A DNA stretch of 64,000 nt from Octopus sinensis (taxonomy: Eukaryota): positions 203,980,001 to 204,044,000 of the forward strand of contig NC_042998.1 of assembly GCF_006345805.1 (NCBI RefSeq), in the 5' to 3' direction. Below the pieces are notes generated by a model. That model was not told where the DNA came from and did no database searches. It worked only from the letters and a program-made list of their open reading frames with translations. Shown here piece after piece: positions 53,290-64,000 of the stretch (the first letter of the stretch is position 1; each line of letters begins with the position of its first letter). The translations under genes and the position numbers were made by a program.

Positions 53290-54260
53290 AAGTGTTCTGC
53301 GTAGGATGTGTGCAGTGCCTAGTAGTGCAATTTTCTGTATGTTATATGTTTTGTAAGTCCTGGTGTTTTTGTTATGTATTTGTCTGAATATCTTTTTATC
53401 ATGCCTAATGCACCTACTATGATAGGAATTGTTTCTGTTTTCAGGTTCCACATTCTAGTTACCTCTATTTCCAGGTCTTTGTATTTTGAGAGTTTCTCCA
53501 TTTCTTTTAGAGACACGTTGTCATCTGCCGGTATTGATACATCATTTAGAAAGCATTTTTTTCTTCATGATCTCTGACAACTATATCTGGTCTGTTGGCC
53601 TTAATTTCTCTATCTGTGTGTATCGGCATGTCGCAGAGTATGGTTGCTTTCTCGTTTTCTGTGACCTTTTCTGGTGTGTGCCTATACCATCTTTTTTCTG
53701 TTGTTATTCCATAATGTTGGCATAGCTTCCAGTGTATGTAGGTTCCAACTCTGTCATGTCTGTGAATATATTCCTTCTTAGCCAGGACTGGGCAGCTAGA
53801 GATAATATGATTTATTGTTTCTTGTCCATCTCCAGATATTCTGCAGTTACTTGTAATATTTCTTTTCATTACACGTTTTTGGTAATTTCTGGTGGGGAGG
53901 CTTTGGTCTTGTGCTGCAATTAAAAATCCCTCTGTTTCTGCTTTGAGTCCTGAGCTTCCCAACCATTGCTGGGATTTTTCTTTGTCTATTTCTTTTGCGT
54001 TTAGTTTAGTGCAGTATTTACCATGAAGGGGCTTTTCTTGCCATCGTTTTATCATGGCTCGTTGCTGTTCTATTTTTAGTTTGGATTTCATTTGTTTTAT
54101 AGCTTTTGTTGTTTCTTCATCATCTTCTTCTTCTTCTTTGTGTTTATTAGGTGGTATGATTTCTTGTTTGTATTTGTCAGCTTCCTTAAATACTGAGAAC
54201 AGTTTTTTGTTTTGCTCGTGTTTTGCTGCTATCTGGATCAGTTTTCCTTCCTTCTGAAGT
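53290..54260 (-). pseudogene. C-terminal zinc-knuckle/restriction-like endonuclease region of copy D
   Basis: KPLHGKY, AAQDQSLPTRNY, CRI..QETINHIISSC, RHDRV, RPDIVV, EKLSKYKDL, PIIVGALG. Confidence 0.92.
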
Positions 54261-54285
54261 AGGTATTTTTGCAGTCCTATGGTGG

Positions 54286-55659
54286 TTATTTATAGTAATT
54301 TTCCAGCTGTATAAGGCCTCTACCACCTTCTATACGTTGTATATATAGTCTTTCTATGTCAGATTTTGGGTGATGCATCCTAGATCCTGTCAGTATTTTT
54401 CTTGTTTTCCTATCTATTTTGGACAGTTCATTTCGTGTCCAGTTAAGGATATTGTAGCTGTAACTTATAACTGGGACAGCTAAAGTGTTGATACCTATTA
54501 TCTTGTTTTTAGCATTGAGCTCTGTTTTTAGTATTGATCTAACTCGTCTATATTCTTTTTTTATTTTCTCTTTCATTTGTGTGTGTTGTGTCCTATCTAG
54601 TTCATGGATTCCTAAGTATTTGTAAGTTTGGCTTTGGTCTAATTCTTTTATTTCATTGGTTTTATCTAGTGTGATGTTGTTACTCTTAACAAGTTTTCCT
54701 CTTTTCATGGTTACTTTGGCGCATTTTTCTAATCCAAATATCATATCTATTTCTTTGGTAAATCCATGAACTGTCTTTAATAGTGTTTCCAGCTGTTTGT
54801 CATTTGCAGCGTATAGTTTTAGGTCATCCATATATAAAAGGTGGCTGATCGTTTTGCCGTAACATTTATATCCGCATCCAGTTCTATTTAGCATATCAGA
54901 TAGAGGTGACAGTGCCAAGCAGAAAAGGAGTGGAGAGAGCGTGTCTCCCTGGAATATTCCTCTTCTAATGGGGATGTCTTTGGTTTTCATGAGTCCCTCT
55001 TTTGTTTGGAGGTGTAGGACTGTTTGCCATTTATTCATAGAGTGCTCTATGAATTTTATGATTGTTGGTGCTACTTTGTTAATGGCTAGTGTTTCGAGGA
55101 TCCATGTGTGGGGGATGCTATCAAACGCCTTTTTGTAGTCGATCCAGGCCATACTGAGGCCTTTCTTCTTTCTGTGGCTGTCTTCAGTTACGGCTTTATT
55201 AATCATTAGTTGATCTTTACAGCCATATGAGCCCTTGCGGCATCCTTTCTGCTTTTCTGGGAACAGTTTGTTTTCGTCCAGGTGCTTGTTCAACCTTTGC
55301 GATATCACTGCAGTAAATGCCTTGAACATAGTAGGGAGGCAGGTTATTGGTCTGTAGTTTTCTGGTTTTGTTGTTTCATTTGATTTGGGAATTAAGATGG
55401 TTTTCCCCTTCGTGAGCCATTCAGGCATTGTCTCTGGCTCTGCTAGTATGCTGTTAAAGTTTTCAGCCAGCTTTTTGTGCATTCCTGTTAGATATTTCAA
55501 CCAGAAGTTGGGGATCTTGTCATGCCCAGGTGCCTTCCAGTTGCTTAGTTTTTGCAGTGCCTGGGTGACCTTTTCAGTTGTTATGGGGGTCCAAAGTTGT
55601 TCAGATGCCGAGTTTGTTATTTCATACTCCTTTTTTTTGGCTGTTCGTTCGCCGACCAT
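54286..55659 (-). pseudogene. Reverse transcriptase domain of copy D (457-aa open segment)
   Basis: WKAPGHDKI, NYRPITCL, WIDYKKAFDSIPH, QGDTLSPLLFCL, YMDD, FGLEKC, YKYLG. Confidence 0.95.
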
Positions 55660-56912
55660 ATTTCTTTCCAGAATTCTTCCAATTCTTCTGCCGTTGGTGC
55701 TGCAGTGACTTCTATTTTATTTTTGCCCAGTTCTTGGTAGAACTTTTTGGGGTCGGAGTTGAACTTTTTGTTCTGTTCAAAGAAGCGTTGGCGTTTCTCG
55801 TACCGGCGGATCCTTTGAGCTTTGGCAAGGATATCTTGCTTCAGCTTTTCTTTTATCTCCGGCAAGTTTTTCTGTGATGTTATTTTGCGGAGCATTTTTG
55901 TTCTCTTTTTGTTGCTCAGTAGCGTTGCTTGTTTGCTGATTTCATTAAGAATCGACAGGTCTTTTCTAATTCTTTTTATTTTGGTTTGGATGTTATTTAT
56001 CCACAGGGTTTGTTTGGGTGGTGGTACTCCTGTTTGGGCGGGTTTGGGTGAGTATCCAGCTTCTTTTGTGGCTGCAGTGGCTGCTGCGTATATCAAGTCA
56101 TTTAGTTCAGTGATATCACTTTTTTTTGTTTCAGTGGCTAGTTCAGTGACGGCTAGGTTTATGTTGTTTATAATTGGTGTTGTTATTGCGTTTATTTTGA
56201 TTCTTGGGAGGTATGGTCGGTGGTCCATTTTGAGCTCTGTGGTTTTTAGTTCTTTGATTATTTTATTTTTTATATTATCATAATCATTAGGCTCCCCTTC
56301 GTTGTTTACATCGTGTTTGTTGGGAATGCTGCGTTTGTCTTCGTGTTTTACAGTTTCAGTGTTTATATTATTGGGCATTGTTGTGTGGCTTCTATCTACA
56401 TTTTCCTGGTGTATTTTTTCTTTTAAATGTTCTATTTCTATTTCTGATATTTTTTGGGCTTTGAGAATGTATCTTCGTACGTTAGCTAATTTATTAGGGT
56501 TCATTGCTGTATCCAAGTCTATATCTCTATTATTTTCCTTCCATATTTTATATGCATGTGTTGTTGTATTTTCATTTTCTGGTTAGAGCATTGCTGTGAA
56601 GTATGCGTGTAAGATAGAAATGTATTCCTCACGTGTCCATTTACGTCTTTTGGGTTTTAATTGCGGGACATGAGGTACAGCGTCCGGCCCATTATTTTGA
56701 CGGTCGTCATTTTCGTAGGGTACCGGTCCGTTTATTTCTGTTGTCACATTATTTCGCACGTGTAGTTTTTCGTACATTTTTTGTTGTAGGTTTAATGTAC
56801 GTATCGCTCGATTGTTATTCTTGGGTTGAATAGTATCGGTGGCATTTAATTTCTTCGTAGTTCCTTTGTACATGGTGTTTGAGGTCGGGGATGATCGTGT
56901 TGTTCCACGCAT
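55617..56912 (-). pseudogene. N-terminal part of the copy D ORF (two frames: 56583-56912 and 55617-56516)
   Basis: KWTREEYISIL; NKLANVRRYIL; ELNDLIYAAA; AKAQRIRRYEKR; PKKFYQEL. These motifs are typical of R4/Dong ORFs and are shared with 60548-61860. Confidence 0.85.
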
Positions 56913-57127
56913 GTTTACATGTGTTGTGTTAGAGGTGGAGATAATATCGAGTCAAAATACATCATTCGTTTCGAAAATAGTAATAAATTTCAATTCGTAT
57001 TACTTACTCGGATATAGTCCAATTCTTTGTTAGTAAATCTTTGGCTCCATAGGGTGTCCTTGTTTTCGATGTTTGTGGATAGATTTCGGAGCTCTGTATT
57101 TTCCTTCTTACATCTTAAACGTCCCCG

Positions 57128-57199
<72 letters not shown>

Positions 57200-57300
57200 T
57201 TATTATTATTATTATTATCATTATTATTATTAATATTATTATTATTAATATTATTATTATTATTATTATTATTATCATTATTATTATTATCATTATTAAT

Positions 57301-57695
57301 ATATGTTTGATTTTTGCTTTGTATTTGCACAAGTTGGCTCCAAGTCTCACCCAGAGACCTCAAGAGACAACAATTTGGAAGTTCATTTGGTGTTATGTCT
57401 AGGGTGTCCTATATTTGGTTTTACACAAAGTATTGTTCTAGAGAATGTCTAAGAAAACATTAAAAAATTATACGTAGGATATGGGCAGTTTTCATGAGCA
57501 CTATTGTTTGAATTTCTGCCATTTTGGGATTTCCTAGTATCTGAGTTAGGTAGCGATCAGCCCCTTTTGCTATCATTCCCAGAGCACCTATGACAACAAG
57601 TATTGTTTTAGTCTTCGAGTTCCACATTTTGCTGATTTCTATTTCAAGATCTTTATATTTGCTCAGTTTTTGGTAGGTCTTGACAGACCTACCAA
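57301..57695 (-). mobile_element. R4/Dong family 2, short 3' fragment
   Basis: KTYQKLSKYKDLEIEISKMW...VIGALG..TAHILR. The 3' UTR matches 62681-62830. Abuts (ATT)n at 57129-57300. Confidence 0.9.
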
Positions 57696-57742
<47 letters not shown>

Positions 57743-57821
57743 TAATAAAATCGATATAAAACATATCTGTCAAGACCTACCAAAAACTGAGCAAATATAA
57801 AGATCTTGAAATAGAAATCAG

Positions 57822-58035
57822 TTTGTTTGTGTGTCTGTGTTTGTCACCCTAACATTGCTTGACAACCGATGCTCGTGTGTTTACGTCCCCGTAACTTAGC
57901 GGTTCGGCAAAAGAGATCGATAGAACAAGTACTAGGCTTACAAGGAATAAGTTCTGGGGTTGATTTGTTCGACTCAAGGCGGTGCTCCAGCATGGCCGCA
58001 GTCAAATGACTGAAACAAGTAAAAGAGTAAAAGAG
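57822..58035 (+). mobile_element. SINE type 1, 3' half
   Basis: Homologous to 13650-13848. Confidence 0.88.
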
Positions 58036-58379
58036 TATATTAGAAAAAGACAACCGAAACAAACCCCAGCGCGTGTGTGCGGCCCTCAGAGCCGCCGTCG
58101 GTTGTTCAGCAAAAACGCAATAAAAAAAATGGTGGGGTGAATAAAATAAAATAATAATTTTCTTATTGGCCACAAAAAACTCTTTGGAAACTCAGAAAAA
58201 CAACGAAGGAGAATGAGTGGGGGGGTACAAAAGATGGAGTACAAAGATGAGGTCAAATAATAGAGGTCAAGACACATTTACATATAAATAACAACAACAA
58301 TAACAATAAAAATAATATAGAAAGTCAACAACAACAGCAGCAACAATATTTGTATAAGAATGTAAAGAAAGTGAAAAGA

Positions 58380-58800
58380 GGCGAGTGGAAATAGTTTTGT
58401 GTGAAGAACTGGGTAAAGAAAACAGAACGGAATGCGAAACCAACGGAGAGGATTGTGGGGGAGTGCGGACAGTAGATGGAACAGCAAGTATAAGAATGTT
58501 AAAAGCAACAAAATCAAGATTACAGGAATTCTGGGAAGAAATAACAAGGCCAAAAGTAACCCAGATACTAGAGAATAGGAATAACTGGAAAGTACCCGGA
58601 AATGACAAAATGCCAAGCTTCTGAGTAAATTATCTCGCCGATACCCCACGGGGTACTTAGCAAAGATATTTAGTAATTTAGAGAAAGAGCCAGTAAGAAC
58701 ACCTGGATATCTCACCTGGAGAGAAATGCCAAAACTATCTTAATCCATAATACGTAAGAGGCTTCACATCTCCAAAATTACCGACTCAAAACCTACTTTT
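58380..58800 (+). mobile_element. Old R4/Dong-like LINE fragment (pre-RT region)
   Basis: ..ELGKENR..WEEITRPKVTQILENRNNWKVPGNDKMPSF..NYR, with many stops and frameshifts. Confidence 0.7.
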
Positions 58801-58869
58801 CGTTTAATCAATATTATTCTGAAGAACATACGAGACCTGATCAGAAAGAATCGTTACCGCTGCTGTAAA

Positions 58870-59085
58870 AAGATAGCTGGAACACAAAGCAATTTGGCAT
58901 TTTCGAAGTAGATTCCAACCAAGAGCCAAACACTTTATCCGGCGTTTGTTTCCATTGATGAAAACATTCCTGGAACTCCTTTTTGTGGGGGGAGAGGGAG
59001 TAGCTGCCTGGTAGCATTCTCTTGGATTAATTCAACGTCTTGAAATGTTGTTCCCTTCAAGTGGGATTTGATTTCTTGCCATGGT
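58870..59085 (-). pseudogene. Mariner transposase C-terminal remnant
   Basis: IKSHLKGTTFQDVELIQENATRQL..KEFQECFHQWK..KCLALG.GIYFEN (frameshifted) resembles the mariner C-terminus. Confidence 0.75.
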
Positions 59086-59209
59086 TTTGGAATCATAGCC
59101 ATAGACTTTTATGACCGTTTTTCAAAACGGTTCTCATCCTCCTCGACATGATCCTGCGCAGATGAAACCAGATCTTCTTCTTTTCGAGACGACCACACTC
59201 TACACACTT

Positions 59210-59345
59210 TACTTCCGAGCACTGCTATAAGCAACGAAAGTGAGCGAGAACACTATAACTTTGTGCGCATGCACGACAAAGTTCAAAGATCAATCTGTGT
59301 CAAGCGGATTTACTCTGCGTTCTTTAGCTCCGTTACCATAGCAAC
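59210..59345. promoter_or_regulatory. Candidate regulatory motif cluster (RFX X-box GTTACCATAGCAAC at 59332-59345)
   Basis: Motif match only. An ETS-like CGGAAGT (minus strand, ~59211-59217) and the palindrome GTGCGCATGCAC lie nearby, in a locally CpG-rich patch. Confidence 0.22.
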
Positions 59346-59699
59346 AGTGTCGATGCTTTTTGATCAGATCTCTTATTCTGATCGTAACGAAAAACCAATT
59401 TTTTTCCAGAAGAGAAGAACAGCCACTAAGAATCCTACGTATCGGAACTAAAAGGAAACAACAGCCTTCAGAGAAAGGATGGAATGAGATGCTGCGAGTG
59501 GTCAGATGAGTCTTTGTCTTTTACGGACAATAGTTAATTACTAATCATTGGATGGCAGCCATGCTGGGACACGGTCCTGCTGGAGTGTGGTATCGAACAA
59601 CTCGACCTTGCGACTTGTGTGTCTTTTTAAAATTGGTACTATTTTATCGGTATCTCTTGCTGTTCGGCTAAGTTATGAGTGCGAAAACAAACCAAAACT

Positions 59700-59815
59700 G
59701 GTTGTCAAACGGTAGCTCATGCAGGATCACAGACACACACATGCACATATACACACGCACTCACACACTCTCACACACACACACTCACACACACACACAC
59801 ACACTCACACACACA

Positions 59816-59848
<33 letters not shown>

Positions 59849-60160
59849 TCTCTCTCTCTTACGCACACACTCACGCACACACACACTCTCTCTCTCTGAC
59901 ACACACACACACACCCTCTCACACACACTCACACATGCACACACAAACATACACACAAACACACACACAAACGCAAACACACATACACACACTCTCTCTC
60001 CAACACACACTCACAGAATTACAAACATACACACACACTCTCCTTCCCCCTCTCTCTCTCTCTCTCACACACACATACAGAAACACACACACATTCTCCG
60101 TCCCTCTCTCTCTCTTACACACACACTCACACATACACACACACTCATGACACACACACA
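59700..60160. repeat. (CA)n/(CT)n compound microsatellite
   Basis: Direct reading. Confidence 0.93.
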
Positions 60161-60169
60161 CACGCTATG

Positions 60170-60320
60170 TGTTTCCGTCTAGTAAATTCAGTGACAAGAC
60201 ATTGGTCAGCTCGAGGCTAGAATCACAGACATTTTCCCCAGGTGCAGCTCAGTGGGACTGGACTGGAAACCACGTGATTGTAGAGCAAGTTTCTTAACTT
60301 CACAGATACGCACGCACCTG
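60170..60320 (-). mobile_element. SINE type 1 head, degenerate
   Basis: gtttccgtctagtaaattca...cagtgggactg. Diverged homolog of the family head. Confidence 0.65.
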
Positions 60321-60432
60321 TTGCTAACCTTTTAACAGCATTCTAGTTGTGTGTCGTGAGGAGGTAAATTTAATTCTGTGTAAAAGGAAGACATTTCTAA
60401 AGACCCAAATAAAAGACAGAATTGTGAAGACA

Positions 60433-60547
60433 GGGGTGGCTGTGTAGTAGCTTCCTTCCCAACCACATGGTTCTTGGTTCAGTCCCACTGCGTGGCACCT
60501 TGGGCCAGTGTCTTCTACAATAGCCTCGGACTGCCCAAGGTCTTGCC
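60433..60547 (+). mobile_element. SINE type 1 head fragment
   Basis: ggggtggctgtgtagtag...aaccacatggttcttggttcagtcccactgcgtggcaccttggg. Confidence 0.85.
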
Positions 60548-62666
60548 AAGGCGGAATCATACTAGGCTGTTGCAAAACATTGTTGTAAAGTTTTGCTAGC
60601 ATTTCATGACTCTCTGGGAAGCCATTCAACCAGAGTTAGGAATTTCATCCTTTCCTGGAGACTTCCATTTGCTTGACTTCCTGGGAGCAGATGTTACATC
60701 TCCCACCTTGATACCCTCCCACTTTTGCTCTTTTCAGGAGATAGATATTCTATCAATCCAAAGGGCCTTTTCATTGTGTGACTTTTCTTCTGCCCAAATT
60801 TTAATCCAAAATTCCTGCACTTCTTCTTTTCATGGGACAGACTTTACTGTAACTGGTATTTTCCCTATCTTCTTGTAAAATTTTTTGGGTTTATTTTTTA
60901 ACATGTTGTTGTCCCTGAAGAATCTATCGCACTTTTCATACCTTCTTATGCGGGCAGCTTTAGCACATAACTTTTGCTTGATAGTTTCTATGGTGATATC
61001 TATTTCAAGTATGGTTTTCATGTTATATTTTTTCTTTAATTTTAGGAATTTTGTGGGTTTGATACTCTTGTCAAGCTTTTTTAAACATTCAGTCAGACCT
61101 AATTAGCTGAATTTGGTGTTGAATACGCTCTTGCCAAGAAGGCTTCTTTGGGAATGTTGTTTTCTAATCTTTTCCCCACATAGAATCCTTGAGAATTTGG
61201 TGGATGCATGGTACAGGTGGTTGAGATTTGTAATATCAACATTTTTAGCTGAAATATATATCCTTAAGTGCAAGGCAAATTTTACCAATTATTTTCAGAT
61301 TTTGGTTAGAGTTGCGGATTTTGGAGAGAGTTTCGGGTTCATTCACACTGGTTTCTTTAATTTTCAGCCATTCAATTATGATTTGATTTTTTAGATCATG
61401 TAGTTCTGTTGGGTCAATTTCTGTGTGACTTTCATTTTCATCTGCCTTAGTGTTTATGGTTGGTTCAGAGATTAATTCACTTTGCTTTATTGCATTTTCA
61501 TCAGCCCTGGGCTGGTTTATAATTATTTCTTCTGTAGTATCTTTTCCAGCTTCGTTCTTTTTATCTTTTAATGATTGTTTAATTTGGTCAATGTCTGCTT
61601 CAGTTAGTAATTTCTTTTTCAGAATGTTTCTTCTGACGTTGGCAAGTTTGTTACTGTCTATGTAGGGTCTTACTTCAAGGTGTTTCTGTCTCCAGTTTAA
61701 GTAGGTTTGTACAGTGTTAGATTTATTTGTGGGGAAATATATGGCATGAAAGAAGGCCCTAAGAACTTCTTTATTATCTTCCCTAGTCCATTTTTCATTC
61801 CTTTTCTTTTAGTTATTTGATGACGAGCATGGATGGCCACCTGTTGGAATATTCCAGCTCCTGTGTTTCGGGAAGATTTGAACCAGAAGCTGATTTTTCG
61901 TACCGAATCTGGTTCATCATTCTAGTATGCGGCCCTTTGTATTTTGCTTTGTTATCATTGAGGCATGACGAACTTGGACGTTGACATTACGGGACGGATC
62001 TGTCTGTTTAGGGTTACTTTTTTGAGACAACACCGCCCCCGATTTCTCTCTATGAAAACATTGCTCGTAACGTAGCTTCTTTAGGCTAACAGATCTGTAT
62101 TCGTCTGTATTTTTTTTGTTGATAGATTTATTTCCAGGCATAGTTTTTTGTGGTGTTTTTCAACTTATGAATCGTTTACTATTTCTGTGTTGGTTCCAAA
62201 AATTAAATTATTTTCTGTTTTTGCTTCGTTTGTGTCACGTGTTTTCATATGAGTGTTTGTGTGTCCTGTAAATTTCACGTGGTTGTGTAAACATCGGGTT
62301 TGTACGTATAGTCCTATGGGTATCAAAATGTATATATCATTGGGTAGACATTCGAGTGTATGCATAATTACCCAATTTATATACTTACTGTTTTGTTCCA
62401 TTTATATTTTATAATTTGTAAACATTTCGGTTTTCATTTCGCGTGTGTGTTTCGCAATTGTTTCACTGACACATCGTGCATAGGAGAAACTGTGCTTTGT
62501 ATGGCAGTAAAATTTCGCTTTTGTGATTATTTTCGTTAAAAGACTGCTTGCTTCAAGTCATCCACAGGTTCCTTTATCCAATTCCACTGATGTTATTAGA
62601 TTATATTTGCTTTTGAATGAAGGCCTGGTGTAGTGCATCCTTGGTGTTATTCAGCGGAGACCGGAT
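60548..62666 (-). mobile_element. R4/Dong family 2, 5' portion (decayed)
   Basis: SNKLANVRRNIL; NLNHLYHAS; KAARIRRYEK..KPKKFYKKIG; KWKSPG; NGFPESH..VLQQPSMIP. The putative 5' end abuts (TTA)4 at 62667-62680; this boundary is inferred. Confidence 0.8.
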
Positions 62667-62680
62667 TTATTATTATTATT

Positions 62681-63478
62681 CTATGCTTGACTTTTGCTTT
62701 GCATTTGTACAAGTTGGCTCCAAGTCTCACCCAGGGACCTCAAGAGACAAGTTAGAAGTTCATGTTGGTGTTATGCCTAGAGTGTCATATATTTGGTTTT
62801 GTACATAGTATTGTTCTAGAGAATGTTTGATAAACCATAAGAAAATTGTTTGTTTTAAAACTTGAGATTTCATAAAAAGTTATTTGCGTAAGTATTTTTA
62901 GAGATTCATTGTCACTGTTCAAAGTTAGTGTGGTTCGCCATGATTTCATACTGATAGACAAAAAGGTTCGCAGAGTAGGTGCTATTTTGTACATTTCCAG
63001 ACATTTCTTAATCCAGATATGTGGTAGGCTATCAAAAGTGTTTTTATAGTCTAACCAGGCTATTGACAAGTTTTTGTGTCGTTTGTGACAATCTTCTAAG
63101 ATCATCTCATTCATGAGTAGCTGATCTTTACAACCATAGGATCCACGTTTACATCCTTTTTGCTCATTAGGGAATATGCCACTTTCTATTAAACATCTAT
63201 AGGTATATTCAGTCAGAACAGATGTTAGCGTTTTATACAATGTTGTTAAGCAGGTTATGGGTCTATAGTTTTTTGGTTCATTTGTTTCTTCATTTTTCTG
63301 GAAGTAGGAATGTTACACCATTAACTAGCCAAGAGGGTATCATACTGGGATGTTGCAAAACATCGTTGTAAAATTCTGTTAGCAGTTTATGGCTCTCTGG
63401 AAAGGCATTCAACCAGAAGTTAGGAATTCTATCCTTTCCTGGAGACTTCCATTTGCTTGACCTCCTGAGAGCAGATCT
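62681..63478 (-). mobile_element. R4/Dong family 2, 5'-truncated and internally deleted copy
   Basis: WKSPGKDRIPNFWL; EQKGCKRGSYGCKDQL; WLDYKNTFDSLPH, joined directly to the C-terminal tail and 3' UTR. TTA repeats lie at both ends. Confidence 0.9.
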
Positions 63479-63492
63479 TATTATCATTATTA

Positions 63493-63530
<38 letters not shown>

Positions 63531-63552
63531 TATTATTATTATTATTATTATT

Positions 63553-64000
63553 ATTGAGTTAGACAGCAGAGCATGCCATCAAAGTGACACTACCCATCTG
63601 ATAAGGGTACACCAGGCACATGCATCAAAACCATATGTGCGCAACATGGTGATCTCATATCAAGATAAACAGCACATGACCTTGCAGGTAGAGCCCAGTT
63701 AGAATTTTCTTCAGGTCGAGTAGCCCATTCCGCTCAAAATGTCCCTGAATAAGGATTACTTAAGGATGTTAAACGAAATATCCTTGTTTCCGGAGGTGAA
63801 TTATCCAAACTCCAAACTCCAAAGAATTCCTCTCGACACATGGTTATGATGCTCCCCCTCTACTTCTGCTCGTGATCAAAGATGCACATTAAGTCAGCCC
63901 CTAAGGGACATGCTCAACTGGTTAAGGTCAAACAACTGACAAGTAAATCTGTGGTATTGAGCAGAATATTTTCTGTAGGTCATCTTTTATTATTGCTATC
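63553..64000 (-). mobile_element. Second copy of the (TAA)n-inserted non-coding element (runs off the window end)
   Basis: Homologous to 17839-18250, with a ~35-bp deletion. Abuts (ATT)n at 63479-63552. Confidence 0.85.

Larger units (their letters stand above)
53181..57128 (-). mobile_element. Near-full-length R4/Dong-clade non-LTR retrotransposon, family 1 copy D (~3.95 kb)
   Basis: A single broken ORF runs: N-terminal RRKWTREEY, then RT (NYRPITCL, GIFQGDTLSP, LYMDDLKLY), then CCHC knuckle, then RLE (RPDIVV..KLSKYKDL), then 3' UTR. (TAA)n lies at both ends. Confidence 0.95.

Noticed and set aside
56913-57128. HDV-like ribozyme in the 5' UTR of copy D (known in some R2/R4/RTE elements)
   Set aside because: I could not find a convincing P1/P1'-P2-P3 pseudoknot by eye. 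A descriptor search would be needed.
50010-57300. Repeat-spacer alternation resembling a CRISPR-like array
   Set aside because: The spacers are homologous retrotransposon copies of 0.7-4 kb and the repeats are variable-length microsatellites. Eukaryotic context with no cas genes.

Overview
AT-rich eukaryotic DNA made almost entirely of repeats. The SINE, LINE and Penelope families resemble those I recall from octopus (Octopus sp.) genomes; this is an inference, not a database match. I recognise no host protein-coding gene. All very long ORFs in the track (5066, 2977, 1296, 770, 725 and 446 aa) are artefacts of stop-free microsatellites. Main content: (1) At least two families of R4/Dong-clade non-LTR retrotransposons (RT plus CCHC zinc knuckle plus restriction-like endonuclease). 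They sit in (TAA)n microsatellites and form head-to-tail arrays at 50.0-57.7 kb and 60.5-63.5 kb. These include one near-full-length 3.95-kb copy. A ~560-bp non-coding element also sits in (TAA)n in the same orientation. (2) Penelope-like elements (RT and GIY-YIG fragments) and many pseudo-LTR pieces carrying minimal hammerhead-ribozyme motifs, two of them as near-perfect 80-85-bp-arm palindromes. (3) A ~15-kb (ATCC)n/(GGAT)n satellite with a ~0.95-kb higher-order repeat. (4) tRNA-derived SINEs of three types, non-autonomous Helitrons, hAT MITEs with 8-bp TSDs, RTE and mariner remnants, and many micro- and minisatellites.
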